Source: Phoronis australis
Taxonomy: Eukaryota; Animalia; Phoronida
Length of the DNA stretch: 64,000 nucleotides
Direction: 5' to 3'
NCBI GenBank assembly: GCA_002633005.1
Contig: NMRA01000560.1
Location: 137,407 to 201,406, forward strand
Part shown: one piece after another, positions 50,352-61,770 of the stretch
Numbering within the stretch: the first letter of the stretch is position 1
How the letters are laid out: each line of letters starts with the position of its first letter
Translations under genes and position numbers: made by a program
Notes under the pieces: model-generated
Seen by the model: only the letters and a program-made list of their open reading frames with translations
Told to the model about the DNA's origin: nothing
The model's database searches: none

Positions 50352-51342
50352 ATGGCCGCACGTAACATCACATTATCTGCGGGACAGAGAAATGTAAATT
50401 TTGAGGCTCCTCCTCAATGGGCGATGGTATTGGCGCTGGCGATTTATATGTTAACAGGAATTGTTGGAACTTTTGGAAACGGACTGACTGTAATTGTAAT
50501 AAGTATTAACAAAAACTTCAGAGAAAGCACAATGTTTACATAGCCAATTTGTCAATAGCTGACGTGCTCGTGTGCGCAGTCTTGTGTCCTTCTCAGATTT
50601 CATGGATAGCAAAAGGAGAAAAGCCTGACCATGAATTCTGCGTCTTTGTGGCCATGTTTTCAACATGTACCTTGCTTGTGTCTGTACTAAGTATGTGTCT
50701 TATTGCTGTTAATCGCTACGTCAAAATTGTTAAATCTGTCGCCCTTTACGCAAAAATTTTCACTAAACGAAACGTCTGCATCAGTGTCATTGTCATGTGG
50801 CTCTATGCATTAATAGTGTCGTCACTTCCGTTAATGGGTTTTGGAAAATACGGCTTTTATGCGAAAAGTTTGTCATGCTCCTATACTGGTGACGACTTAG
50901 ACTATTGGTATTTTGTCGTCCCCGTGTTTTGCATTAACTTGATCCCCATTCTGTGTCTAACTTCCGCCTGCTACTTGGTCATTATGCGTCATTTCCGAAA
51001 AGTAAAAATTGCGGCTCAAGCACGTGACTTGCACACAATGTCTGTTTCAACTACTGCAGTTTCTGCGAATATAGGTTTACAGCATTATTCCAACACCAAG
51101 GCATTTGGCATTGTAAAGAATTTACTGGTTGTTTTTTGTTATTTATAGCTTTTTGGACACCGATAGCTATTATTGTCACATTTTTTGACTACATGTCAAA
51201 TTCAGTGGCCATAATATTTGCGGCTTTACTCTTAACTAACTCCAGTGTGAACTTCTTTGTCTACGCCGGCATGAATAAAGGTTTCCTTAAGGCGTACATG
51301 AACCTAGCAATGTTCAAATGGAATCAATTACGAAACGATTAA
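50352..51342 (+). pseudogene. intronless class A GPCR, melatonin-receptor-like; two -1 frameshifts (pseudogene or assembly error)
   Basis: GTFGNGL, NLSIAD, IAVNRY, FWTP, NSSVNFFVY across three frames; adding one A at 50531-2 and one T at 51132-7 gives an unbroken 330-aa 7TM ORF. Confidence 0.85.
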
Positions 51343-51642
51343 ATGAAAAATGACGCCTTCATTTTTAAACATACATGTGCAGGCCTACTACGATTGAAGG
51401 GCAGGTGTATTGCTCTCTCTTTCTATTGAGTGCTAAGCAATTATTTTAAGTAATGGGATGTAATTCGTTCGGTCCCCAGAAGGAAAGTCTTCTGTGCAGA
51501 CGATTCGTGTGTCGCATTGTCTGCCTATTTCATGTTTCAATTATTTTCAGACGGTAACCACTAACAACAAATTTCCTCCGTTTCTTCCGACTCTGAGAAT
51601 TTTGTATGACCGTTTCGTTAACAGTAGTGTATCAACCTTATA

Positions 51643-51683
51643 CGTGTGCGTGTGTGTGTTTGTGCGTGTGTGTGTCCGTGTCT
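51643..51683. repeat. imperfect (GT)n microsatellite
   Basis: gtgtgcgtgtgtgtgtttgtgcgtgtgtgtgtccgtg. Confidence 0.85.
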
Positions 51684-51825
51684 GTACTTGTAGTTGGAGG
51701 GTTCGTTCAGCTAAAAAGTTTAGACACGTTCTGGAGCTTTAAGAACTCCGGATTAGTGAAGTCAAGCCTGTTTTCTTGTCCTCTTACGTGTATTGTATAT
51801 GTGTGCAGCAGGCATTTATCATTAA

Positions 51826-52030
51826 GGGCCCAGTCACACCCAAGCAATTCTCACTACGTTCTCAACAGTTTTGGCTTGACCTAATTGAAGTCGGAGACAC
51901 TCTTTGTTAACCTTCATGTACGGTGTAACGTTCATGCCAAATTTGGCCGTTTCCACCCCGTCCTCAGTCTGTCCCTTCAGATTTTAGACGGCAAGGACGT
52001 TGTGAGAATGAGTTTAATGCGATCGGACCC
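51826..52030. mobile_element. PIF/Harbinger-type MITE
   Basis: taa|gggcccagtcacac...gcgatcggaccc|tta; attctcac(t/a)acgt inverted. Confidence 0.65.
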
Positions 52031-52672
52031 TTACTGGAAATAAATTATTATAATTTGTTCAATAACTTTTGCATTTTTGTGCTTGGTGAATTTTCGTAGT
52101 GCTATTAGAGAGATTGATTTAACATCGAAGAGAACCTAAAGGACTGTCATCGTTAACATGGTGCTATGTACCACTTGAATGTTGGATAAATGATTGATGA
52201 AGTCGACTATTCATACGAAGCTTAACTGTTGTTAAACCCTTAAAATGGACAAAATGATCAACAATTACTTGACAGAAATTCTGTCAAGGAAGCTATAGAT
52301 ATTATACAAGCCACTTCATTAAAAAAGCTCTCTATCGGTATTTTTAGTTCGTTTTTGTTGTTTGGAAATGATGATTACGGTGTGTGTCAATATGCTTTGT
52401 ATGCGTACACACTGACACCTGGCGTTTTTGGAAGCAATTGCCCAAGCATAATCCCGTCAGGCACTACAAAATCGTTTCAACATGCAGTGAAATAACGTCA
52501 ACACGTGGGTTGAAATTTTGTTGTATGTATATTCATTCATAATGATAGTTAATCAGACGTCGATTTTCGACACAGGTCCGACGAAATATCGACGTCCAAA
52601 CAACGTCAATGAAACCAAAATTCAACTCCGATTTCCAGATCTATATGATATTGGGTTCACAGCTCAACATCG

Positions 52673-53510
52673 TACATAACTTTTGCATTTATCGATATCT
52701 GTAGTAGTTTAGTTTGTCATAATATATATGACCTTTTATCTCACCTACACGTGTTGTTTCGCTGTAAACTAGCTTCGGTATCGCTTCGCAGTTGACGCAT
52801 ATCAATATCATTTTAGTATTAAATTATTTTATGTAAGCCAGACTACTTCATCCTTATTATCATATTGTTTGGATTCTCGGCTCAGTGACCCTCTTTGTAC
52901 TACGATTATTGGTTTAATTGTACCACGTGCTCTCTGTCTTTTCGCAATACTGGGCCATCGTCCATAATTCTCTGCAAGTTTCGAGTTTTCAGTCAATTTC
53001 TATTTTCCTCCCTCCCTAAAACCAATTTTCTTTCCTTCCCTGTTTACACTTAATTTTCCTAGTATGTCGCTGTCCCGGCGTGCGTTCAGTAGACGCTAGG
53101 ACCTACGCTAGGACCTAGCTAAAACCTAGTCAAAGTCACGTGTTCTCATTTAAAGTGCACGGCAATATCTCACGTAGTCTCGCGAAGTCTTGCCTTTTAG
53201 CGAGGTCCTAGCCTTACTGAACGGGAGGCCGGTGTTGCTGTGTTGCTTCCGCACATTGTTACTTACATTTATCTTCCTAGTTCAATACTTGTGTATACCT
53301 TCATTGCTTCATTGTACCTGCAATAGTGCTGTTTGTCCGACAGATTGTCACCCTTACAGTTCAACATCTTTTATACATAACTTTTGCATTTATCGATATC
53401 TGTAGTAGTTTAGTTTGTCATAATATATATGACCTTTTATCTCACCTACACGTGTTGTTTCACTGTAAACTAGCTTGGGTATCGCTTCGCTGTTAACGCG
53501 TATAAAAATC
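52673..53510 (+). repeat. ~135-bp direct repeat pair, 701 bp apart
   Basis: tacataacttttgcatttatcgatatctgtagtag... at 52673 and 53374. Confidence 0.92.
53075..53232. mobile_element. MITE between the direct repeats
   Basis: ccggcgtgcgttcagtagacgctaggacct vs revcomp ccggcctcccgttcagtaaggctaggacct. Confidence 0.7.
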
Positions 53511-53683
53511 CTATGTTGCGAATACGGTGTTCCTACGTCCTTGTTACGAACTGGCATAGAATCGAATACGGTTTTCCGAACTAACTTCGTTGCAAGCGGC
53601 ATTAAACCACATTTCACTGCGATTGTGACACTGCGACGTCCGTACAATAAAATAAAACGCACACAGCCTTCTCGCGCAGCAAG

Positions 53684-53839
53684 CAGCGATGTGGTGGGGC
53701 GTAGGCGCACGTAGGGGCAGCCAACCACCTTTTGGCATCTGAACGTAGCGCCTATGCTCCGTAAGTTACGTTCAGTGCACAAGGTGGTACGGTGGGCTTT
53801 GGGCACCTACCTACCTCTAATTTTACCACTACAGAACTG
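53684..53839 (+). mobile_element. 156-bp hAT MITE with perfect 8-bp TSD
   Basis: gcagcaag|cagcgatgtggtgg...ccactacagaactg|gcagcaag. Confidence 0.92.
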
Positions 53840-54450
53840 GCAGCAAGGAAGACGGCCATGACTTACATGAAATCAAATGTTTGCCTAATGAAAGGTCCAT
53901 GACCTGTGTATGTCTTTACAGCATTGATAAACTGATAGTTACGAAGGGTTATCGTGCACTGACCCCCCAAAGACGTCATTGCAATTGGTATACCTAGCTG
54001 CTGTTTAGGTCAGATGCGTTCGTGACCATGGGTTCTGTGTTTGCACATCCACAGTACAACGATGCCCCAGCTGTGATACAAGCCTTCGTTGTCCACATTT
54101 GCATTTAGCCATATGTACAACGTAATTTCAAATTTGCCAGAACTTAAATTTCAAAGCGCCAATTTATCACCCACGAGGTTTCAAGTCACCAAAAATAAGT
54201 AGAAAATTGAATAAGTGTTGTCACAGTAAGGCACTAGATCACTATTTCAAAAATGTACTACATTTTAAACTCATGATAAGTGATTTATTTGAATCAAAAA
54301 CATATCACAACAATAACTTTTTAAACACAAGACGGAATAAATGCTCTTACTTTAACGAAAGGCAATAAATATGACAACCCCAAACAAATCGAAAGAAATC
54401 AACCACATCAAACGTTCTGAAGAAGCGTCGGTAAATCACAATCCCATACT

Positions 54451-54609
54451 CAGTGGGGGATTTAAGGGGGGGCAAGGGGCCATGCCCCCGTCTAAAATTC
54501 TTCCATATTCCATTTGGCAGTTCGGGGGTATGAATGTCGTAAAGGAGAAATCATGGCCAATACTCTGCCCTGCCCTCCCCACTAACTCAAAATCCTAGAT
54601 CCGCCCCTG
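54451..54609. mobile_element. MITE (CAGTGG/CAGGGG termini)
   Basis: cagtgggggatttaagggggggcaaggggcc...cctagatccgcccctg. Confidence 0.65.
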
Positions 54610-55339
54610 GTCCTGAACAATAATCTGTAAAGACTTGCCATAAAAACATTCTTAGAAAAGGCCACAATAGACGATATTACAAAACCTGCTAACTGACCAT
54701 CCTATACTTAAATGCAATCAATAATATTAATATTTGTCCAAATTAGAAGCAAGAAGTTGAAAACAAAAACGACTCTTAGAGTGTAGCATGAACACAATGT
54801 TTCACGTCCTTCCAAAACAAGTTTCCAGTCGATTTAGCTAAAAGTTTCATAAAAATTTCCCTTCCAATAAACATATTTTTCATATCAACCTGGCATGTGT
54901 TTATCAAAATATCCTTCCGTGCTGAAAGGTTTTGTTCATTTAATAGCTTCGTCAAATTCATGATAAAAATATTTAAAATGAGTTTACGAAAGATGATATA
55001 TGCGCAATGTTGAGGCCGCAATTTTTATAAGATTGAACCATTGTTTTACGGAAATTTTATCTCTCTTATTACTCCATATAAATCCAAATTAATTGTACAG
55101 TTTTCAAGTTTTTTTAATTAACTCAGATCTTGGAGACGGAAGAATTAAAAAAGATGTGTAAGCTTCTGCAGTAACACAGGTTTGACCACGCGCAAATTTT
55201 GCCCAAGACACCGAGATGTCTTCCTGACTAAGAACGTTTTGCCGTTTGAATTTCTACACACTTTGGGTCAAAATTTAAACTTTGCACAACTTTTAAAGTA
55301 ACATTAAATTTTACTCCTGGCCATAGTGCGATTAGAAAA

Positions 55340-55592
55340 TGGACAATCCCCGCACAAATAAAAAATTTCATGTTTCGTCTATTCATAAGACATCATCAGG
55401 ATATGTACAGTAGGACAACAAGTTTCTATTACCATTCAAGTCACATACATGTGGTGAAATGAGATTGCGAGATACAGAGAATAGCAAGTAGGTCATGACC
55501 ATAGTTGTAGGGCCACTGAGCTCTGTACAGTGCTATTGAGAGAATCAGTAGCATGCTTGTCCTGAATGACGAATGGCTCCTTGATGTACAGT
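55340..55592 (-). mobile_element. Penelope-like 3' fragment
   Basis: minus strand LYIKEPFVIQDKHATDSLNSTVQSSVALQLWS* (GIY-YIG C-terminus) followed by a hammerhead core. Confidence 0.7.
55365..55405 (-). ncRNA. minimal hammerhead ribozyme core (Penelope-associated)
   Basis: minus strand CTGATGA-TGTCTT-ATG-AATAGAC-GAAAC; both catalytic boxes intact, stem II gtct/agac. Confidence 0.65.
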
Positions 55593-57124
55593 AATTCTTT
55601 TGGAGGTTCTTTAATGTTTATTACGAAAAATATTATATATTACAATAAGAGTAAAGCCCAAAAATCGCTAGAGAACATTATTCCTGACAAATAAAACAAC
55701 TTTGATATGTATTTCTACATGGTTATTAAATCCCAGAAAACGCTAAAGAGCATTTACTCAGGGCGTAGCAGCGAAACGTCAGATTACCGATGAAATTAAC
55801 TAATTTGGGTGGGGATTTAATTTCTTCTTACACTGACTTGCCTGTGCTCGTGAAAAAAATGGCTAGACGCCGTGCGGCGACTCGGTGCATTCGCCATATA
55901 CGTCATTACGATCGTATGTACGCAGACGCAGAGTTCCCTCAGGATCAATACTACACTATGTACTCTTCTTTGACTCAATGCCATGTTGACTCGGGGAATG
56001 AAAGGGGTGTGAATTGTGGGTACATACGGAACTGTATATGCTTGGCGGGAGATTTGATTTGAATGACAGTACTGTAACCTTTGAACTTCAATGAGTAGTA
56101 AACAAATTTCCGCCCGGTTGAGTGTGGCTCTGAAAATTCTTTTTTCTCGCGACTACAATATATTTCTTATTTGGAGTTCTCAGAGAATGAAGATAAGGTA
56201 TTTTGGGAGCCATGTGTGGAATATTGAAAAAACGGTCAATTTCTGTGAACAAAGCTTAAGATAACCTTAAAAAGAAAGAGCAGTGCGATGACAAACAAGA
56301 TAGGATTCAACATGTGATTTCAGTGCCCACCTGTGGAAGATGAACGACAAAATTGAAACAAGGCTTCAAAGAATTCAAAGAAACCATTTAATCAAGACTT
56401 AATCAATCAAGATCTAGGAACACCTGAAAAAATTATACGTATAGCAGCAAAGACGTCATTCTGTCGAACATTGCGCTTCTAAATGAAATTTTGAATATGG
56501 TTTAGGGCCTACTTTACTGAAACATACACTATAGAGGCCAGTGGGTGGATGTAAAGATCAGCTCTTAGCCGTGCCCCTTCATAGCCATGTTCATAAGGTC
56601 AGACCATAGAACTCTAGGATTGGAATGCCATCTCCTGCACGTGACCTATGTATTCTATTATTAGAGCTTGTGACCCCGAGACTAGCCGCGAGAGTTTGCT
56701 GACAATTTCCGGCTGCCTACTCGACAGATTTCCAGAACACTGACTCTATCTTTGTCATTAACAAGAAGCTACACTTGAAAAAACATATGTGCCAATTAAA
56801 ACCGGGTGCATAGGTGAGTTCACACCGATCTGTTGGAAACTCCGACAACAACGTTATTGGAGTGAGACCACCCGTACGGTACGAATTTTCAGTTTAACGG
56901 TAGATCTACAAGAAAAAGGCCGTCGATTTCAGATTTCACCCTTAATACAAACTATGTTAACTAAAAGTTAATGGGTAATCGATGCACTGGCTGACAGTGA
57001 TAAATTAATATTTGTCGACCGCTTGCTTGCAAAGATGTCATATTTTCACGCCTTAACGCGGTTATTCACTTCAGGCCGTTAGCTCAGCACGTAGGCATAC
57101 CTCTCCCGTCTGCGCTGGCCTTAA

Positions 57125-58890
57125 AGGAGAATGCCACCCGATTTAATTAGTCTTTTTTGCTGTCTTAATCGGTCTATATCCACATCGCCTCGCATACGGT
57201 CGACCTTACCTTGCCAAGAGGTGTCGCGTTAACCTGTGAGGAAGGTGAGAAACGACGCTAGCGACGTCAGTGGTTCATATGCAGAGTGAATGCCGCTATG
57301 TTGCGGTGCCTAGTTCCAGCTTGTCCGAACTAAGCAGCTGCGAGGAAAGCGGGGATATCTTTTTTTACTTCCTCGAAAGTCCGAAATGCTTAGGAAGTGG
57401 CTCATGGTAGTGAAGAATGAAATGTACGCTGTAAATAGCAAGTATGAGGCAGTGAAACATCTCCGTGTCTGTGGCCTGCAGACGTCGGTGCCAAATAACT
57501 CCATACGTTCCGTTGTCTGAGCTTGTTCACGGCGCCTCTCTAGTATTTCTTCATCACTGTATTCCTGTTCGAATTGATAGACTGTAAAACTTAACGATCG
57601 ACCTGCGAAGTCGGGACTGGTGATCGAGCTCTAGCTCCTCCTAAGTCGGGATTGCGAGTTGCCGTGTTGGCGTTTATTACTGAGCGTTCTGTTTCAAAAT
57701 GTATTATTCTCACCCTAACCAATAAAACTGAAACAACGTCTGTCTCGTTAGATGCAATTTGTAATGCCTTTGGAGTGTTCGTGAGCGCAAAGGATTTGAA
57801 AAGCCAACGATGAATAAATCACTGCGTTACCCGGCTTTAGGTGCAATGAAACTAATTGACGGGACACCTAGGCCGTGTGAGCTCATGCTAATTTCGTGTT
57901 TGCTGGCAGAAACTGTTGTGAAACAACTCGATTTCCATCCCACGGCCAGGTGTTAGGGGAATCTTTATTTACATTTACATTACTCAAATAATGATTGTCA
58001 ATGTACATTTTCTGCCCTGACGGTGCTGTGGCCATTAGCGGAGTTGCAACGCCGCCATATTAGAAATGGGTCAGAATGTTGCATTGTGTTTAAGCCGGTA
58101 AACAAGTACGTCCGCAAGCGTGGGGGCGAACCGGCCACAGGGAGGTTATACGCGGAACTGAATTTGCAGCCAGCGACGAGTAAATAAATTTGCAGTTTCG
58201 TGGCTAATTCACCAACATAATCAGGTGCAAATTTTTTTGGCTCACTAGTATAGTATTTTCTTGGCTGGAAGTTTATAGTTTCCACTGAACTTTGGCTGGT
58301 TTATCTTCGTGATGTCTGATCAGTTTCCGAGACACTGGCCGGGATAACGAGTCAATCCGGCCGGCCGCGACGGGCATGATCAGGCTCTGAGCCAATGGCC
58401 AAGCTAACAAGCGCTTTGCGTTTAGAACTCAAAAAATTGCAAGTCTAAACAACACAGATCTAGGTTCTCCTGTCTGTATCTCACGGAAAATACTTCGAAA
58501 TTATATCCGAACAGACCCCAAACTCCTGTTACGGACCTTATTGGCCTGCCGAACTTTGTAGGCTACGGTGTGTCCAAATACCAATAAATCGATAAGAGTG
58601 AAATAAAACAACACGTTTTTATAAGAACTCGGTGTATTTTTAAGGGTTTTACATCGAAGTTTGATGATTTATTGGTGTTAAACGATGACTTCAAGTGATA
58701 AGCTGACACCAGTAACCCGTGTGTGAACTGCTGAACGGACTGCATGTGAAACCGATGACGTCATTGGACAATTTCAACACCTCCGTCTGCCGTCAGGTGT
58801 CAGGTAACGCAGCCGTACGTGTCGTTATGGAGAAGAAATACTCGATCTAAATTGATACAAATTAGGTTGTTTTTTGGGTGGCATGCTCCT
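57125..58890 (+). mobile_element. internally deleted Kolobok DNA transposon (THAP-transposase 5' end + KolX 5' end)
   Basis: ttaa|aggagaatgccaccc...gggtggcatgctcct|ttaa; THAP remnant at 57290-57481 (+) and YQFEQEYSDEE at ~57580-57548 (-). Confidence 0.88.
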
Positions 58891-59298
58891 TTAAAGTCCT
58901 AGTAGCACACGTTTTAACCCTTAATGGTTAAAAGTTATAAGGAACCAAGCAGTACCTGTCCCATAACCAACAGGCTACACCTACAATTCATAGTTGAAGA
59001 AAGTTGAAACGCGCCACTCATGATTCCGACCCGAAGAACACATTTGAAGTAACGGCGAAATCGGAAGTATAATTCACTCAGGAACCCAGGTAGCTTCGTC
59101 CCCAAGCCCCAAGATGGCGTTGATCGGTTCAGCCATTCGAGTCTCCCGCAACTTCCTGTCCTGGTGGCTGACGGCCAACAATGAACGACAGAATACCATT
59201 TGGTGGCGAAACAACTTTAGAAAAAAATGCCATGGTGCCAAATGTAAAAAGGAATAATTCCCACCCAACCAGAAGCATTCAAGCTACTATCCGGAGCA

Positions 59299-59333
59299 GC
59301 CCGACCGCCTGGCCTCAGGCCAGGCGGTCGGGC
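59299..59333. repeat. perfect GC-rich palindrome, 17-bp arms, 1-nt spacer
   Basis: gcccgaccgcctggcct c aggccaggcggtcgggc. Confidence 0.9.
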
Positions 59334-60639
59334 GCAGTACGCGGACATCTGTACGGCGCAAGAAGAAAACATTGATGAGCTGCCCGGGCCTTGAATGGGA
59401 GAAATTCGTGTGACAAAGAGATTACAAAATACTACGTCATGCTCCTAACATTGCAATAACTGCAATATTTTCCAATCGCCGACATTCAGCTCATTAACTA
59501 CAATTCACTACACTACCCCCCCCCCCGTTTGCGTTTTCAATCGCGGGTTTTTTATATTTGGACAACAGAGGTATAAATTGTAAGTTTTTGTCTCGTTTTA
59601 AAATGTATTTTTCACTGATAATTGAAAATAGAAGCCAATTTAGTAAGTGATTATTTTCCCGGTGAAGACTAACTGCAGGGTAGGGGAATTATATCGCCAG
59701 TCACTGTGCCGGGTACCAAAATCAAGGTTATTGCAATTAAGGTGTGGAGCTCACTGGTTTGAGATAAACTTGTTTTTGTTTGTTGAAACATCCCTGTGTG
59801 TGGACCTTTTTCTATATTACATTTTAACGGCCAGTAAAACCGGTGCTGATTTGCTACCAAATACGCTGAAATGCGCCCATACGTCCGGGTAGTCACACGG
59901 CAGTTGCTCGCTCCAGGCTGGTACTTTGCATCGTTTTCACGATATGGCGATGAAGATAAGACATTTGCTGATCTAGAAAGTTTTTTTCCTCTAATTTTTG
60001 TTCTAAACGGGTAATGTTGCTGAAATTTTACGTACTCTCGTGATGAGTCAGGGTTGACCTCACTACCTGAGTGTTGGCTGCGGGAGATGCGACCGTACTT
60101 CACAAACTTTTGATTATGCGTTAAGTACCATTCGTCATATGCAAAGAACAGGTGAAATTTGGACAATAAATGATCAAATTTGTATAAAAAGAACCAAAAT
60201 GAGAAACAAAAACAACCAAACAAAATAACAACGCATTTACACTCACGGTAATATCAATACGTTACTAAGGACAATAGTCCGTCATTCAGTAGTCGTTGCT
60301 GAACTGATTCACAGGAACTCAGGTCACGGAAATAGACGGATATTGATATACTAAAAAAGGCTTTTAGTTTGATAGTAGAAAGGTGGTGAACATTATGCCA
60401 TGTTACATATTACTTAATTTGGTATATATTTTAAAGTTTTTGAACTAGATTGCCCTTTTCGATAAGGACTTTAAGAACCAATTTACGGCATTTAATTAGC
60501 AAATGGGCACATGAACTTGGTCAAGCAATAATTAAAGGCTTTCCGAAAAGATTAACCCTCATCATTTTACACGCAACCTGTTGTTTTCATTAGTGCATGA
60601 AATGCGATATAGGTCACGCAGGACGGCTTTTTGTTTATC

Positions 60640-60725
60640 AATCTTTATCTAGTTGCACTCAATACATTTTCAAAAACAAGCTTCCGACGTTTCGCTTTTT
60701 TACTCAAAGCATCTTTAGGTGTGAA
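60640..60725 (-). mobile_element. Penelope-like terminal repeat fragment with degenerate hammerhead core
   Basis: minus strand CTAAAGA-TGCTTT-gagtaa-AAAAGC-GAAAC-GTCGG. Confidence 0.5.
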
Positions 60726-61419
60726 TAAGACTGCTTTCCGTACACACAAGAAAGCCTAAAAATGTAAGATCACGCAAATGCTCGAGAGAAACCAACAAAG
60801 AATGTGATAACACTAGCAGTTCTCGCGACTGTCTTGGGTCTACGGAGTGCTACACCCCCCCCCCGGGTGAGTTTCGCAATAATTCAGCACAAACCTCACA
60901 TAGAAATCGCTACAGTGGGCAGGAAACGGTAGTCAGTTGTTTGATTTTGCGTGAGAACAATAGTGAATTAGTTTTTGCGAGATTCTTGGGTCGAAAGAAC
61001 GCATTCCATCGGGAAGTCAGTTGAGCTGCAATGAGTGCATAAGAGATACATTAGTTTTGTAGCTGCAGATTGAAGACCTGGGAGAGTAAAAGTATACTGG
61101 CTGGTCGCCATGTGGCGCGCAAATTCTCAGTGTAATTAGGCACTCTATCTTTCCTCCGTTTGAAGTTCAGATATTAATTAAATTGTCTTGTCATTGTGGT
61201 GTTCTTACTATGATAAAAGTCTCGTTGCAAACAATTATTGAATGCGTTTCTGAAGCATCACTAGAAATGATATTGTTCCAGTTATTTTCAGAGCTGCAAT
61301 TAAAGGAGCGGAAAGTTAATTTCAAATCGCGCTTGGCGCCGTGTTTGAATCGATGACATCGCATTCTGGTACATGTTGGTAGGTTCTCTGCGCAATGGCG
61401 TTGTTGGAAATGGCACTTA

Positions 61420-61770
61420 TCAAGATCATTAAGCCACAGACTTCCATTCTGTGCCACATCAGGTATATTTTTCAAAGGAATATGCCTTTCTTCGTAGTTT
61501 TGAGAAGCCATATTTATTTGGTTCCAAAGTACCAGACAGGCACATGTTCTTTGTTGTTGTTGTCGCATTCCTCACAGATTCTTCTCGGATGTATTACTCT
61601 GTCCTTTCAATGCCATCGAAGTATTGCTTCTGTGTTGTGGGTTGCAACTCCGACGGTAGAATGTTGGATAAACACAACAAATATCCGTGAATGAGCGATG
61701 TTAAGTTCTTCGTCTTCCTGTCAAAGACAAGAAAATGAGGAGTGAGCAGATAAAGCAAATTTGTCGGGTA
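61420..61770. mobile_element. remnant of a THAP-type DNA transposon with divergent gene pair (ISL2EU/Harbinger-like)
   Basis: + ATG 61610 MPSKYCFCVVGCNSDGR...VKFF(R)LPVKDKKMR THAP start; - ATG 61511 MASQNYEERHIPLKNIPDV. Confidence 0.55.

Noticed and set aside
50520-51150. Programmed ribosomal frameshifting in the class A GPCR
   Set aside because: No convincing slippery-site plus stimulatory structure at the first shift; simple single-base deletions explain both.
52673-53510. TRIM/LTR retroelement
   Set aside because: Direct repeats lack TG..CA ends, primer-binding site, polypurine tract and TSD.
59669-60223. 184-aa minus-strand ORF
   Set aside because: Low-complexity start, no domain or splice support.
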